In this document: positions 16,257 through 25,439 of the stretch, piece after piece
Layout: the number at the start of each line of letters is the position of its first letter
Numbering within the stretch: position 1 is the first letter of the stretch
Origin: Gammaproteobacteria bacterium
GTDB taxonomy: Bacteria; Pseudomonadota; Gammaproteobacteria; Magnimaribacterales; TMED112
Reading direction: 5' to 3'
DNA length: 41,916 nucleotides
Assembly (NCBI GenBank): GCA_002716745.1
Contig: PBBW01000005.1
Span: forward strand, 48,927 to 90,842
Notes under the pieces: model-generated
What the model was told of the DNA's origin: nothing
Databases searched by the model: none
What the model saw: the letters and a program-made list of their open reading frames with translations, nothing else
Position numbers and translations under genes: made by a program

Positions 16257-17034
16257 ATGAACAATGAAATCTATTTTGTAAATTCATTCACTGATGAAGT
16301 TTTTTCAGGCAATCCTGCAGGCGTAGTATTCCATGAAAAAAAAAATAGATATAAATTTGATGCAAAAAATAGCGGCAGAAAATAACCTATCAGAGACTGC
16401 ATTTATTGAACTTCCAACAAAGAAAATTCTTTTTTTTACTCCAATCATGGAGGTTGATTTGTGTGGGCATGCGACTTTAGCTTCAGCATTTATATTCTTT
16501 AATTTCATAGATCAGAATTCTAAAGAAATTAATTTTCAATCTAAAAGAGGAGAGCTTAGAGCAATAAGAAAAGATGAAAAAATACAGATGGAGCTCCCAA
16601 GAGATTTTCCAAAACCATCTGAAGATCTTGATTTAATCCAATCATCAGTTAATTCTGAAGTTCTTGAGCTTTATAAAGGAGTTGACGATTATTTAGCAGT
16701 TGTAGATTCAGAAGATGAGGTTTTAAATTTAGATTTAGATTTTGAAGTTATAAAAACCTTTGACTCTAGAGGTTTGATTATTTCATCTATTGGGAGTGAT
16801 GTTGATTTTGTTTCAAGGTGGTTTGGCCCTCAGACTGGAGTTGATGAAGACCCAGTTACAGGATCTGCACATACACTTTTGACCCCTTACTGGGCAAAAA
16901 GACTAAATAAAACAAGAATGGAAGCAAGACAACTATCTAAAAGAGGTGGAAATTTATCCTGTGAGTTAAAAGATAGCTCTGTTCTAATTTCTGGCAAAGC
17001 AAAACTTTATCTGAGAGGGGAGTATTTTTCTTAA
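16257..17034 (+). pseudogene. PhzF family isomerase, frameshifted at an A10 run (16336-16345); may be a sequencing artefact
   Basis: The N-terminal motif YFVNSFTDEVFSGNPAGVV (ATG 16245/16257) is in a different frame from NLSETAF, EVDLCGHATLAS and EDPVTGSAH. Removing one A joins them. Confidence 0.7.
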
Positions 17035-17065
17035 GATTATTTTTTATGGTTTATAATACGTTCAC

Positions 17066-17105
17066 TGGTCCAGTTCTTTAGGTTCAGAATAGGCCCATTT
17101 TTTTT
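17066..17105 (+). terminator. Imperfect hairpin plus T8 tract between phzF and the cyclophilin gene
   Basis: TGGTCCAGTTCT...AGAATAGGCCCA (two mismatches) followed by T8. Confidence 0.35.
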
Positions 17106-17119
17106 AAAAAAAGGAATAA

Positions 17120-17701
17120 ATGAAAAATATTTATATATTAATTTCTTTAGTAATTCTTGGATTTTTAATTTATGTTTTTAACAAAGGAGAGACGATGCCA
17201 AAAGTAAAACTAACTACTTCTGTCGGCGACATAGTTATTGAGCTAGACAGTGAAAATGCACCAATATCGACAGAAAACTTTCTGTCCTACGTAGATAGCG
17301 GTTTTTATAACGGAACTATATTTCACAGAGTTATATTTAATTTTATGATTCAAGGAGGCGGTCTCCTTGAAGATATGTCATCTAAAGATCAAAAACTAGA
17401 AGCAATATTAAATGAGGCTGATAACGGCTTATTAAATGAAAGAGGAACGATTGCAATGGCTAGAACATCAAGCCCTCATTCAGCAACGTCTCAATTTTTT
17501 ATCAATCATGTAGATAATGGTTTTCTGAATTACAGGGGCAATCAAAGTGATCAAGACTGGGGTTATGCTGTTTTTGGAAAAGTGGTGGAAGGAATAGAGG
17601 TAGTTGATAATATTGCTGGTGTGGAGACCTCTGCGTCGCCACCACATCAAGATGTTCCAGTTGAAGCAGTAGTTCTAGTAAAGGCAGAAAGATTAGACTA
17701 G
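17120..17701 (+). CDS. Cyclophilin-type peptidyl-prolyl cis-trans isomerase (PpiA/PpiB-like)
   Basis: [47 protein letters not shown]; N-terminal TM segment, second ATG at 17195. Confidence 0.93.
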   Translation: MKNIYILISLVILGFLIYVFNKGETMPKVKLTTSVGDIVIELDSENAPISTENFLSYVDSGFYNGTIFHRVIFNFMIQGGGLLEDMSSKDQKLEAILNEADNGLLNERGTIAMARTSSPHSATSQFFINHVDNGFLNYRGNQSDQDWGYAVFGKVVEGIEVVDNIAGVETSASPPHQDVPVEAVVLVKAERLD

Positions 17702-18817
17702 CTAAATACCTATAGCTTTCTCAATTTCTTCTTGAGTTTCATATGGTTTTGAAATTTCCGCCCAATCAGGTTGGAAATTGTCTTCCATTTCTTGGTAACT
17801 AAGTACACCCAGTTTGTCATATTTTGGTTTAACTTTATCTGTAATAAGACCAATTCTCGTGAGGTTAGGAATGATCTTGGTAAATAACATATTTTTAAAA
17901 TGCTCGCCCTGTTGAGAATTTGCAGTAATTCTTGTTGCTTCTTCTTTTGAAATGTCTAGGAACCTTGAAATTACATCACCTGTAATTAATCTATCTCTCA
18001 TTACAACACACGCCTCAAATGCAAATTGTGCTCTATCTTCAATTTCAGCTTTCGTTAAAGTCTTGAGATAGTCTTCCAAATAATTTACTCCAAATGTTAC
18101 ATGTCTTGCTTCATCTCTAATTACATAATGTAATAGCTGTTTCAATAGACCATCATTTAAAATAATTTTCATATTATTGAATGCTGCTAATGCAAGTCCC
18201 TCAATTATGATTTGCATTCCAATAAATTTTAGATCCCATCTTTCATCAGTCAAAATTTTATCTAACAAGGATTTCAATCCATCTGTAGCAGGATATTGGA
18301 ATCCTATTTTTTCTTTTAAGTATTTATTGAAGCCCTCTACGTGTCTTGCTTCATCAAAAGTTTGAGAGGCTGCATAAAGTTTTGCATTAAATGTAGGTGC
18401 ACATGATACAAGTTGAGAGGCCACTAACAAAGCGCCTTGCTCTCCATGCAAAAATTGACTCAACTGCCATGAAACTCTATGTCTATCCATTTCTATCCTA
18501 GTCTCTGGAGATAAATCGGAAAACCCTGGAAGTTTTTCTTCTGGAAATTGAAAAATCTCAGGATTTACCAGTGGTTTATCTTTTGGATATTGTTGCTTCC
18601 AATCTAAATCAAATTCAACATTCCAATTGAGTTTCTTTCCAAGCTCATAGAGTTTTTTGATTCGATCCTCAACAACCACATAATCCCAATTGTAGGATCC
18701 TGTTAAGGGGCTTTTGAAAATCTCATTAACACATTCAACTGCATCTTGGTCTTTGGGGTTAATTTCAGGATATGAAGTAACCTTTTGTGGTTGATTTTGA
18801 ACAATTTTATTTTTCAT
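17702..18817 (-). CDS. Ferritin-like diiron protein (AurF-like superfamily)
   Basis: Paired diiron motifs HGEQGA...DEARH and EGLA...DEARH. Confidence 0.8.
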   Translation of the reverse strand: MKNKIVQNQPQKVTSYPEINPKDQDAVECVNEIFKSPLTGSYNWDYVVVEDRIKKLYELGKKLNWNVEFDLDWKQQYPKDKPLVNPEIFQFPEEKLPGFSDLSPETRIEMDRHRVSWQLSQFLHGEQGALLVASQLVSCAPTFNAKLYAASQTFDEARHVEGFNKYLKEKIGFQYPATDGLKSLLDKILTDERWDLKFIGMQIIIEGLALAAFNNMKIILNDGLLKQLLHYVIRDEARHVTFGVNYLEDYLKTLTKAEIEDRAQFAFEACVVMRDRLITGDVISRFLDISKEEATRITANSQQGEHFKNMLFTKIIPNLTRIGLITDKVKPKYDKLGVLSYQEMEDNFQPDWAEISKPYETQEEIEKAIGI

Positions 18818-18864
18818 AATGTTTGCTGTTTAATGATATATTATAATGCCTATTTTTTGTAATT

Positions 18865-19617
18865 ATGCCAAATAGATTAAAAAATAAGACAGCCTTTATA
18901 ACTGGTGGAGCCCAAGGTTTCGGAAAAGGTATTGCATCTAAGTTTAAAGAGGAGGGGGCAAAAGTAATTATTTCAGACATCAATAAAGCCCTTGGAGAAG
19001 AGACTGCTAAAGATTTGGGAGTTTCATTTTTAGAGCATGATGTTGGTGATCCAACACAATGGGAAAAAGCAATTAGTGAAATTAAAAGAAAAGAAGGAAA
19101 GCTTAACATTCTTGTTAATAACGCTGGCATTGGTTATTTGGGTAATGTTGAGCAGACCAGTGTAGAGGACTGGGATAGAGTCCACAAAGTTGATTTAGAT
19201 TCAGTATTTTATGGATGCAAATTCGCATTACCGCTTTTACGAGAATCTGGTAATGGTTCTATAGTAAATATCTCCTCAATTTCAGGAATTATCGCAGGAC
19301 ACAATTTTAGTGCATATAACAGTGCAAAAGCAGGAGTTAGACATCTTACAAAATCTGTAGCACTACATTGTGCAAGAACTACTGACCTCGTTAGATGTAA
19401 TAGCTTGCATCCTGTTTTCGCAAGAACAGAAATTCTTGAGGCATTGCTCAGTGATACGTCATCAGGCATGTTGGAGAAGTTAGAAAAACAAATCCCTGTA
19501 AGAAAGCTCGCAGAGATTGAGGATATTGCTAATGCAGTTCTGTTCCTATCATCAGATGAATCAAAAATGATAACTGGTACTGAACTAGTTATTGATGGTG
19601 GGCTATCAGCACAATAA
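18865..19617 (+). CDS. Short-chain dehydrogenase/reductase
   Basis: TGGAQGFG, NNAG, YNSAK, IDGG. Confidence 0.92.
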   Translation: MPNRLKNKTAFITGGAQGFGKGIASKFKEEGAKVIISDINKALGEETAKDLGVSFLEHDVGDPTQWEKAISEIKRKEGKLNILVNNAGIGYLGNVEQTSVEDWDRVHKVDLDSVFYGCKFALPLLRESGNGSIVNISSISGIIAGHNFSAYNSAKAGVRHLTKSVALHCARTTDLVRCNSLHPVFARTEILEALLSDTSSGMLEKLEKQIPVRKLAEIEDIANAVLFLSSDESKMITGTELVIDGGLSAQ

Positions 19618-19619
19618 TA

Positions 19620-20510
19620 ATGGATCCCAAAAAACTAAGTCAATCTGAAAATTCATTTGAAAGCGTAATTGATAGGCTGTCTCTCGAGCAACTAGATACT
19701 TACTTATTCAGATATAAAGGAAAAAATGCAGGTATTGTAAGAATTTTTGGGGGCCAAGTAATAGCCCAAGCTTACATTGCAGCAAATTCGACTGTAAGTG
19801 AAGAAATGTATCTCCACTCATTGCATGCATATTTTTTGCGCCCAGGAATTATCAAGCAACCTGTTCTCTTTACAGTAGATCCTGTAAGAGACGGAAAAAG
19901 CTTTTTTACTCGTACAGTAAAAGCAATCCAAAATAATGAAATTATTTTTATAATGACCGCTTCTTTTCAAAAGGAAGAAGATGGCTTAACTCACAGCATT
20001 GAAATGCCAAAAGTTCCAGACCCAGACCAGCTTAAAGATGAGATTCAAATGAGAGAAGAAAATATTGAAATTATCCCAAAGGAATTAAGAAAATTTTTTC
20101 TAAAGAAAAGGGAATATACACTCAAATGTGTGGAATGGAATGATGTCTTTGACCCAAAACCTATGCCACCTGTGCGAAATGTTTGGCTGAAGCCAAATGG
20201 CGATATTCCTAATAAAGCGTTTTTACATCATGCATTCCTAGCCTATGTTTCTGACTCTGGTCTTCTGGCCCCATGTTTATATCCTCATGGGATGAGCTAT
20301 ATGTCCCCAGACTTAATGATGGCAAGTCTTGACCATGCAATGTGGTTCCATAAAAGAGACTTTCTTTGGAATGATTGGATTCTTTACTCTACAGACAGCC
20401 CATATACCGGTGGCTCAAGAGGTCTAGGAAGAGGTACATTTTTTACCAGACAAGGCGAGGTTATAGCTTCAGTTACGCAAGAGGGATTATTTAGAGTTAA
20501 GAAAACGTAA
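19620..20510 (+). CDS. tesB: Acyl-CoA thioesterase II
   Basis: IFGGQVIAQA, HSLHAYFLRPG, RDGKSF.TR, ASLDHAMWFH, QEG. Confidence 0.92.
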   Translation: MDPKKLSQSENSFESVIDRLSLEQLDTYLFRYKGKNAGIVRIFGGQVIAQAYIAANSTVSEEMYLHSLHAYFLRPGIIKQPVLFTVDPVRDGKSFFTRTVKAIQNNEIIFIMTASFQKEEDGLTHSIEMPKVPDPDQLKDEIQMREENIEIIPKELRKFFLKKREYTLKCVEWNDVFDPKPMPPVRNVWLKPNGDIPNKAFLHHAFLAYVSDSGLLAPCLYPHGMSYMSPDLMMASLDHAMWFHKRDFLWNDWILYSTDSPYTGGSRGLGRGTFFTRQGEVIASVTQEGLFRVKKT

Positions 20511-21506
20511 CTTATTTAGAAAAACGCTTACTTTGTCTGGATTAATATCTGGAGTTAATCCTGATCCTAAATTACAAACATAATTGTATTTCTGGGAGTA
20601 TTTTTCAAAAATTTCTTCAGCCAATGACTCTAAATAGTTATCGTTTTCATGGAAAATATTTGGATCAAGATTACCTTGAATAGCAATTTCTTCATTAATG
20701 TATTCTCCAATATTTTCGTTTACATTAAGGTTAAAAATTTTTGCACTAGTCTCTTTAGTAAATGGTTTAATCTTCAATCCTCTTGCATACAGTATTACAG
20801 GAATAGAATCATGAAGGGAGTTAATAATTTTATCTACATACTGCAATGAAAACTCGTGATAGTCATTTTCAACTATACCTCCCCAAGAATCAAAAATTTG
20901 TAGACAATCAGCGCCAGACTGAGCCTGATTTCTTAAATATTCTACTGTTATCTCGGTAATTATATTTAGTTTTTCATGAGTGCTTTCGCTATTGTTTCTT
21001 ACATAATCTTGGATTTGATTAAAGTTTTTTGGTGATTTGCCGTAATACATATATGTGAAGATTGTCCAAGGGCTCCCACAAAAACCAATAAGCGGAACAT
21101 CGACCTTACTTTTAATAAGTTTAGTAGCCTCATATACGTAGCTTAACTGATCATCAGAATTAAATTTTAATTTCATATCTGGAGAATTTCTAAAGCTATC
21201 AGAAAATACTGGACCCTTTCCGGAGATAAATTGAATTTTAGACCCTAGAGCTTCAGGCACAGTCAGAATGTCAGAAAAAGTAATTGCAGCATCTAAAGGA
21301 AACTTTCTAAGTGGTTGCAGGGTAAGCTCACAACATACCTCTGGTTTTTTAATCATGTCAAAAAAATCAGTGTATTTTGATCTTATACTTCGGTATTCAG
21401 GCATATACCTTCCAGCTTGCCTCAAAAACCATACAGGAACATATCCTTTCTGATTCTTTCTATTTAATGCGTCTAAAAAAATTCTATTTTTCAAAATCTT
21501 TTGCAA
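20487..21506 (-). CDS. hemE: Uroporphyrinogen decarboxylase
   Basis: PVWFLRQAGRYMPEY, DAAITFSDIL, LIGFCGSPWT, QIFDSW, QGNLDP. TTG start is uncertain (21506 or 21494). Confidence 0.92.
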   Translation of the reverse strand: MQKILKNRIFLDALNRKNQKGYVPVWFLRQAGRYMPEYRSIRSKYTDFFDMIKKPEVCCELTLQPLRKFPLDAAITFSDILTVPEALGSKIQFISGKGPVFSDSFRNSPDMKLKFNSDDQLSYVYEATKLIKSKVDVPLIGFCGSPWTIFTYMYYGKSPKNFNQIQDYVRNNSESTHEKLNIITEITVEYLRNQAQSGADCLQIFDSWGGIVENDYHEFSLQYVDKIINSLHDSIPVILYARGLKIKPFTKETSAKIFNLNVNENIGEYINEEIAIQGNLDPNIFHENDNYLESLAEEIFEKYSQKYNYVCNLGSGLTPDINPDKVSVFLNKLRFLNSK

Positions 21507-22560
21507 ATGTATTTAAAAAATTTAAAAGTTTGTTTGTATCTGTTTCTTCGTAAATTACAGGTTCCCCAAATCCATTAAGTAAAATTAATGAAATACTTTG
21601 ATTTGATGAATTCTTCTTGTCAGATTTCATAAAGTTATAAATTTTATTTGGATCTAATTCTATTTTAGAGAAATCATAGTTAATTGATCTCAAAAGATTA
21701 GAAGATTTATTAAAATCATTTTTACTCAATAATTCTTGGTCATATGAATATTGAAGAGCCATTAACATTCCAATCGCAACTGCATGACCATGGAGTATTG
21801 AGTTTTCTACATTTGCAGATTCAATTCCATGCCCAAAAGTATGACCAAAGTTTAAAAATTTTCTTTTACCAGCTTCAAGGAAGTCTTCGTTAACAATATC
21901 TTTTTTAATGTTTATTGATCTATTTATGATTTCCTCAAGAGATTTTGTATTTCTTTGATTAATTGCCTCAATATTTTCATAGATATAATCAGTTTCAGCC
22001 TCAGATGTAATAAGAGCATGTTTAATAATTTCTGAGACCCCAGTGAGATACTGTTGTTTATCTTGCGACATCAGGAATTCAGTACAAATTACAATTTCAT
22101 TAGGATTATAAAACGACCCAATTAAATTTTTTACTTCTAGAAAGTTAATAGCAGTCTTTCCTCCTATACATGCATCAACTTGAGATAGAAGTGAAGTCGG
22201 AATTAAACAAAGTTTTATACCTCTCTTAAACGTTGACGCAATAAAGCCTACTAAATCTGTCGTAGCTCCACCACCAATTGCAACAACAGTGTCATTACGT
22301 TGAACATTAATTTCATGTAAAAACTCGTAACATTGTTGTAGCTTAGCGAAACCTTTATCTCTTTCAGGATCCTCCAAAACAAAAATTTCTAATTCAAGCT
22401 TTCCTAGGACATTGGAAATTACATTGTTGCTTTCAAGGACCGCCTTATCAATAAATACAACTTTAGGTTGAATGTTTTCAAGGTATTGCAAAACACTTTC
22501 AATACTCACCAATGAATTAACAGTTACTTCTGAACTTTTCTGACTTATTTTAAAATTCAT
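21484..22560 (-). CDS. aroB: 3-dehydroquinate synthase
   Basis: GGGATTDLVGF, PTSLLSQVDACIGGKTAIN, LNFGHTFGH.IE, HGHAVAIGM. Confidence 0.95.
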   Translation of the reverse strand: MNFKISQKSSEVTVNSLVSIESVLQYLENIQPKVVFIDKAVLESNNVISNVLGKLELEIFVLEDPERDKGFAKLQQCYEFLHEINVQRNDTVVAIGGGATTDLVGFIASTFKRGIKLCLIPTSLLSQVDACIGGKTAINFLEVKNLIGSFYNPNEIVICTEFLMSQDKQQYLTGVSEIIKHALITSEAETDYIYENIEAINQRNTKSLEEIINRSINIKKDIVNEDFLEAGKRKFLNFGHTFGHGIESANVENSILHGHAVAIGMLMALQYSYDQELLSKNDFNKSSNLLRSINYDFSKIELDPNKIYNFMKSDKKNSSNQSISLILLNGFGEPVIYEETDTNKLLNFLNTFAKDFEK

Positions 22561-23053
22561 AATATTCCATAATTTTTTTCACAGTTTCCCTAATATCTGT
22601 GTTTGAAGTATCAAGTGTTAAATTTGAAATGGAAGAATAAATTTTTCTTCTTTCATTGTAAAGCTGCTCAAATTCTTTGTAATTTAGATTTTTCAATAAA
22701 GGCCTGTCATCCTTACGTTTCGATGCCCTTTGAAATAATATATCAGGATAGGCATCTAAAAAAATTACCTCATTCCCCAAAAAATGGTTTTTACAACCTG
22801 AGTTGAGTGGAGCCCCACCTCCAGTAGATATAACTTTTTCATTATCGATGGCTATTATTTCTGAGAAACATTCAGCCTCTATTTTTCGAAAATACTCTTC
22901 GCCATTATCCTCAAAAATTTTTGGAATTTTCGAATTATGTCTTTTTTCAATCCAATGATCTAAATCGTAAAAATCTTTTGATATTTTCCCTGCGAGCCTA
23001 TTTCCCACTAAAGATTTTCCAGCCCCCATCATTCCAATTAAAATTATGTTCAT
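22550..23053 (-). CDS. aroK: Shikimate kinase
   Basis: GMMGAGKS, GEEYFR..E, STGGG, RPLL. Confidence 0.95.
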   Translation of the reverse strand: MNIILIGMMGAGKSLVGNRLAGKISKDFYDLDHWIEKRHNSKIPKIFEDNGEEYFRKIEAECFSEIIAIDNEKVISTGGGAPLNSGCKNHFLGNEVIFLDAYPDILFQRASKRKDDRPLLKNLNYKEFEQLYNERRKIYSSISNLTLDTSNTDIRETVKKIMEYYEF

Positions 23054-23094
23054 AATGTAAAATGTAATTTAAATTGAATAATAATATATATCTA

Positions 23095-25437
23095 ATGATT
23101 TTGAGACCATTACTGATTCTACTTCAGATATTTTTTATATTGATAGGGGCCCTTTATCTGTCATTCTCGAGAGACTTGCCATCTGTTGAGACAATTACAG
23201 AGATAAAACTAACAAATCCAATGCGCATCTATACAAAAGATGAAAAACTTATTGGATTATTTGGTTCAGAAAAAAGGAAGATAATCTCTTACGATGAAAT
23301 CCCAGAGACTTTAAAACATGCAATCATATCTGCAGAGGATGCAGGCTTTTTTAATCACTCTGGTGTCAAATTTACAAGTTTACTAAGAGCTGCTTACGGC
23401 CAATTAACTGGGCGATCATTAGGTGGTGGAGGGACAATAACAATGCAAGTTGTTCGTAATTATGTTCTTTCATTTGAAAGGACATATGAAAGGAAAATAA
23501 GAGAAATAATCCTTGCATTCAAATTAGAAGATAGCTTTTCGAAAGAAAAAATATTTGAGCTCTATTTCAATAAGGCTTACTTAGGGAACAGAAATTATGG
23601 TTTTGCAGCGGCATATCAATTTTATTTTGGGGGAGATTTTTCAAACGCAACAAATTCAGAATCTGCATTATTAGCAGCTATACTTCAGCGTCCATCAAAA
23701 ACTAATCCTATAAATGATCCTGTAGCTACAAAAGCAAGAAGAGACTTAATTTTAAATCTCATGTATCAAAATGGCCACATTACACAAAAAGAGCTTGTTA
23801 CCTCAAAAAAAGAAGATGTGACCACGAAAAGTTTTGGTCCTCAGATTGATATCGAGGCAAAATATATATCCGAATCAATTAGAGAGGAACTAATCAAAAA
23901 ATTTGGTGTGTCTGCGTATGAAGATGGTTTTAATGTTTTTACAACAATAGATTCAAAAAAACAGAAGAATGCGGTTAAGTCATTAAGAGAAAATCTTTAT
24001 AAGTACCAAAGAAGAGCAGGTTGGGAAGAAGAAGCAGTTATCAAGGATCTAAATTTCAATGTCTTAAAAATGCTCTATTTGCCTAATCGTTTATTTTTGC
24101 TTCCAAAACAAATTAACTTTGAAAAAGTCTCAGAAATGAACCTTAGTAAAATAAGCCAAATTCTTTCAGAAGTTCCACAGTTTAATAACTCTTCAAATGC
24201 AATTGTAATTAATATTGAGGATGATTTAATCCATGTTTTAGATCAAGATTTAAATATGTTCCAAATTGAATGGAATGCAGAAGAATTTTCATCAAACGGT
24301 TTTCAATCCTTCTTTGATTTTCTTGAAGAGGGCAGCCTTATCAACTTCAAAGAGGAATTAGAGAGTTATAGTATTGTTCAAATACCCGAAGCAGAGGCTG
24401 CATTTGTTGCAATGAGTTCTGAAAGCGGTGAAGTTCAAGCATATATTGGGGGATTTGATTTTAAACGTTCGAAGTTTGATCGAGCGAAAAAATCTCAACT
24501 TATGGTTGGATCAAGTATTAAACCTTTTATATATGCATGCGCTTTTGAAAACGGCTTAAATCCCTCATCGGTATTTCTAGATGGTCCAATAACATTACAA
24601 GATGAGCTGCTTGAGGATATTTGGAGACCAAAAAATAATTCAGGTGACTTTTTAGGGCCTGTTCGTTTAAGAGAGTCTTTAATTGATTCTTTAAACTTAG
24701 TATCAATTAAATTGGTTAGATATTTGGGATTAGATAAGACCTTAGAATGTTTAAGAAAATACAGTTTTGGTGAATCTTTATTACCAGAAAATCTCTCAGT
24801 AGCACTAGGAACAGGCACTACAAATCCATTAGATTTTGTTGAGAATTATTCCATATTCACTAACAAAGGGAATCTTATTGAATCCCATATTATTGATAGA
24901 GTTGAGGATATTAATGGAAATATTGTCTATGATCCAAATCATAAATATACAAGTGGAAAAATCCCCTTAGTCAAAAAAGTTTTGGATGAAAGGGTTGCAT
25001 TTATGCTTGCCGATATTTTAAAAGATACTCTTTACAGAACTTCAGTTGCAAAATCTTTTGATCTACCGTTAGAAAATCTTGGAGGAAAGTCTGGAACAAC
25101 AAATAATTCTACTAGCACGTGGTATGCAGGTTTTGCTGGAGATATGATAATTGCAGTATGGGTTGGTAAAGATAATTTCAGTTCATTAGGGGATGAAGAG
25201 TTTGGTGGAACCATTGCTTTGCCAATCTGGTTGGATTTTTTATCTCACTCCAAAGATAGCATCGTAGACAAGCCCTTGATCCTACCTGAGGGAGTTTCAG
25301 TAGTGAGGGTGAACAAAAAAACTGGCAACATCTCAAATACATTTGATGATAGTGTTTTTGAGTTTTTCTTGGAGGAGAATTTAGAGCAATTACTTGAGGA
25401 AGCTTACAAAACCGATTTCTTAAATGTATTTGATTAA
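23095..25437 (+). CDS. mrcA: Penicillin-binding protein 1A
   Basis: Transglycosylase AED..FF.H.G and GGGTITMQ; transpeptidase SSIK, SLN, KSGT. Start ATG 23095 (or TTG 23074). Confidence 0.92.
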   Translation: MILRPLLILLQIFFILIGALYLSFSRDLPSVETITEIKLTNPMRIYTKDEKLIGLFGSEKRKIISYDEIPETLKHAIISAEDAGFFNHSGVKFTSLLRAAYGQLTGRSLGGGGTITMQVVRNYVLSFERTYERKIREIILAFKLEDSFSKEKIFELYFNKAYLGNRNYGFAAAYQFYFGGDFSNATNSESALLAAILQRPSKTNPINDPVATKARRDLILNLMYQNGHITQKELVTSKKEDVTTKSFGPQIDIEAKYISESIREELIKKFGVSAYEDGFNVFTTIDSKKQKNAVKSLRENLYKYQRRAGWEEEAVIKDLNFNVLKMLYLPNRLFLLPKQINFEKVSEMNLSKISQILSEVPQFNNSSNAIVINIEDDLIHVLDQDLNMFQIEWNAEEFSSNGFQSFFDFLEEGSLINFKEELESYSIVQIPEAEAAFVAMSSESGEVQAYIGGFDFKRSKFDRAKKSQLMVGSSIKPFIYACAFENGLNPSSVFLDGPITLQDELLEDIWRPKNNSGDFLGPVRLRESLIDSLNLVSIKLVRYLGLDKTLECLRKYSFGESLLPENLSVALGTGTTNPLDFVENYSIFTNKGNLIESHIIDRVEDINGNIVYDPNHKYTSGKIPLVKKVLDERVAFMLADILKDTLYRTSVAKSFDLPLENLGGKSGTTNNSTSTWYAGFAGDMIIAVWVGKDNFSSLGDEEFGGTIALPIWLDFLSHSKDSIVDKPLILPEGVSVVRVNKKTGNISNTFDDSVFEFFLEENLEQLLEEAYKTDFLNVFD

Positions 25438-25439
25438 AT

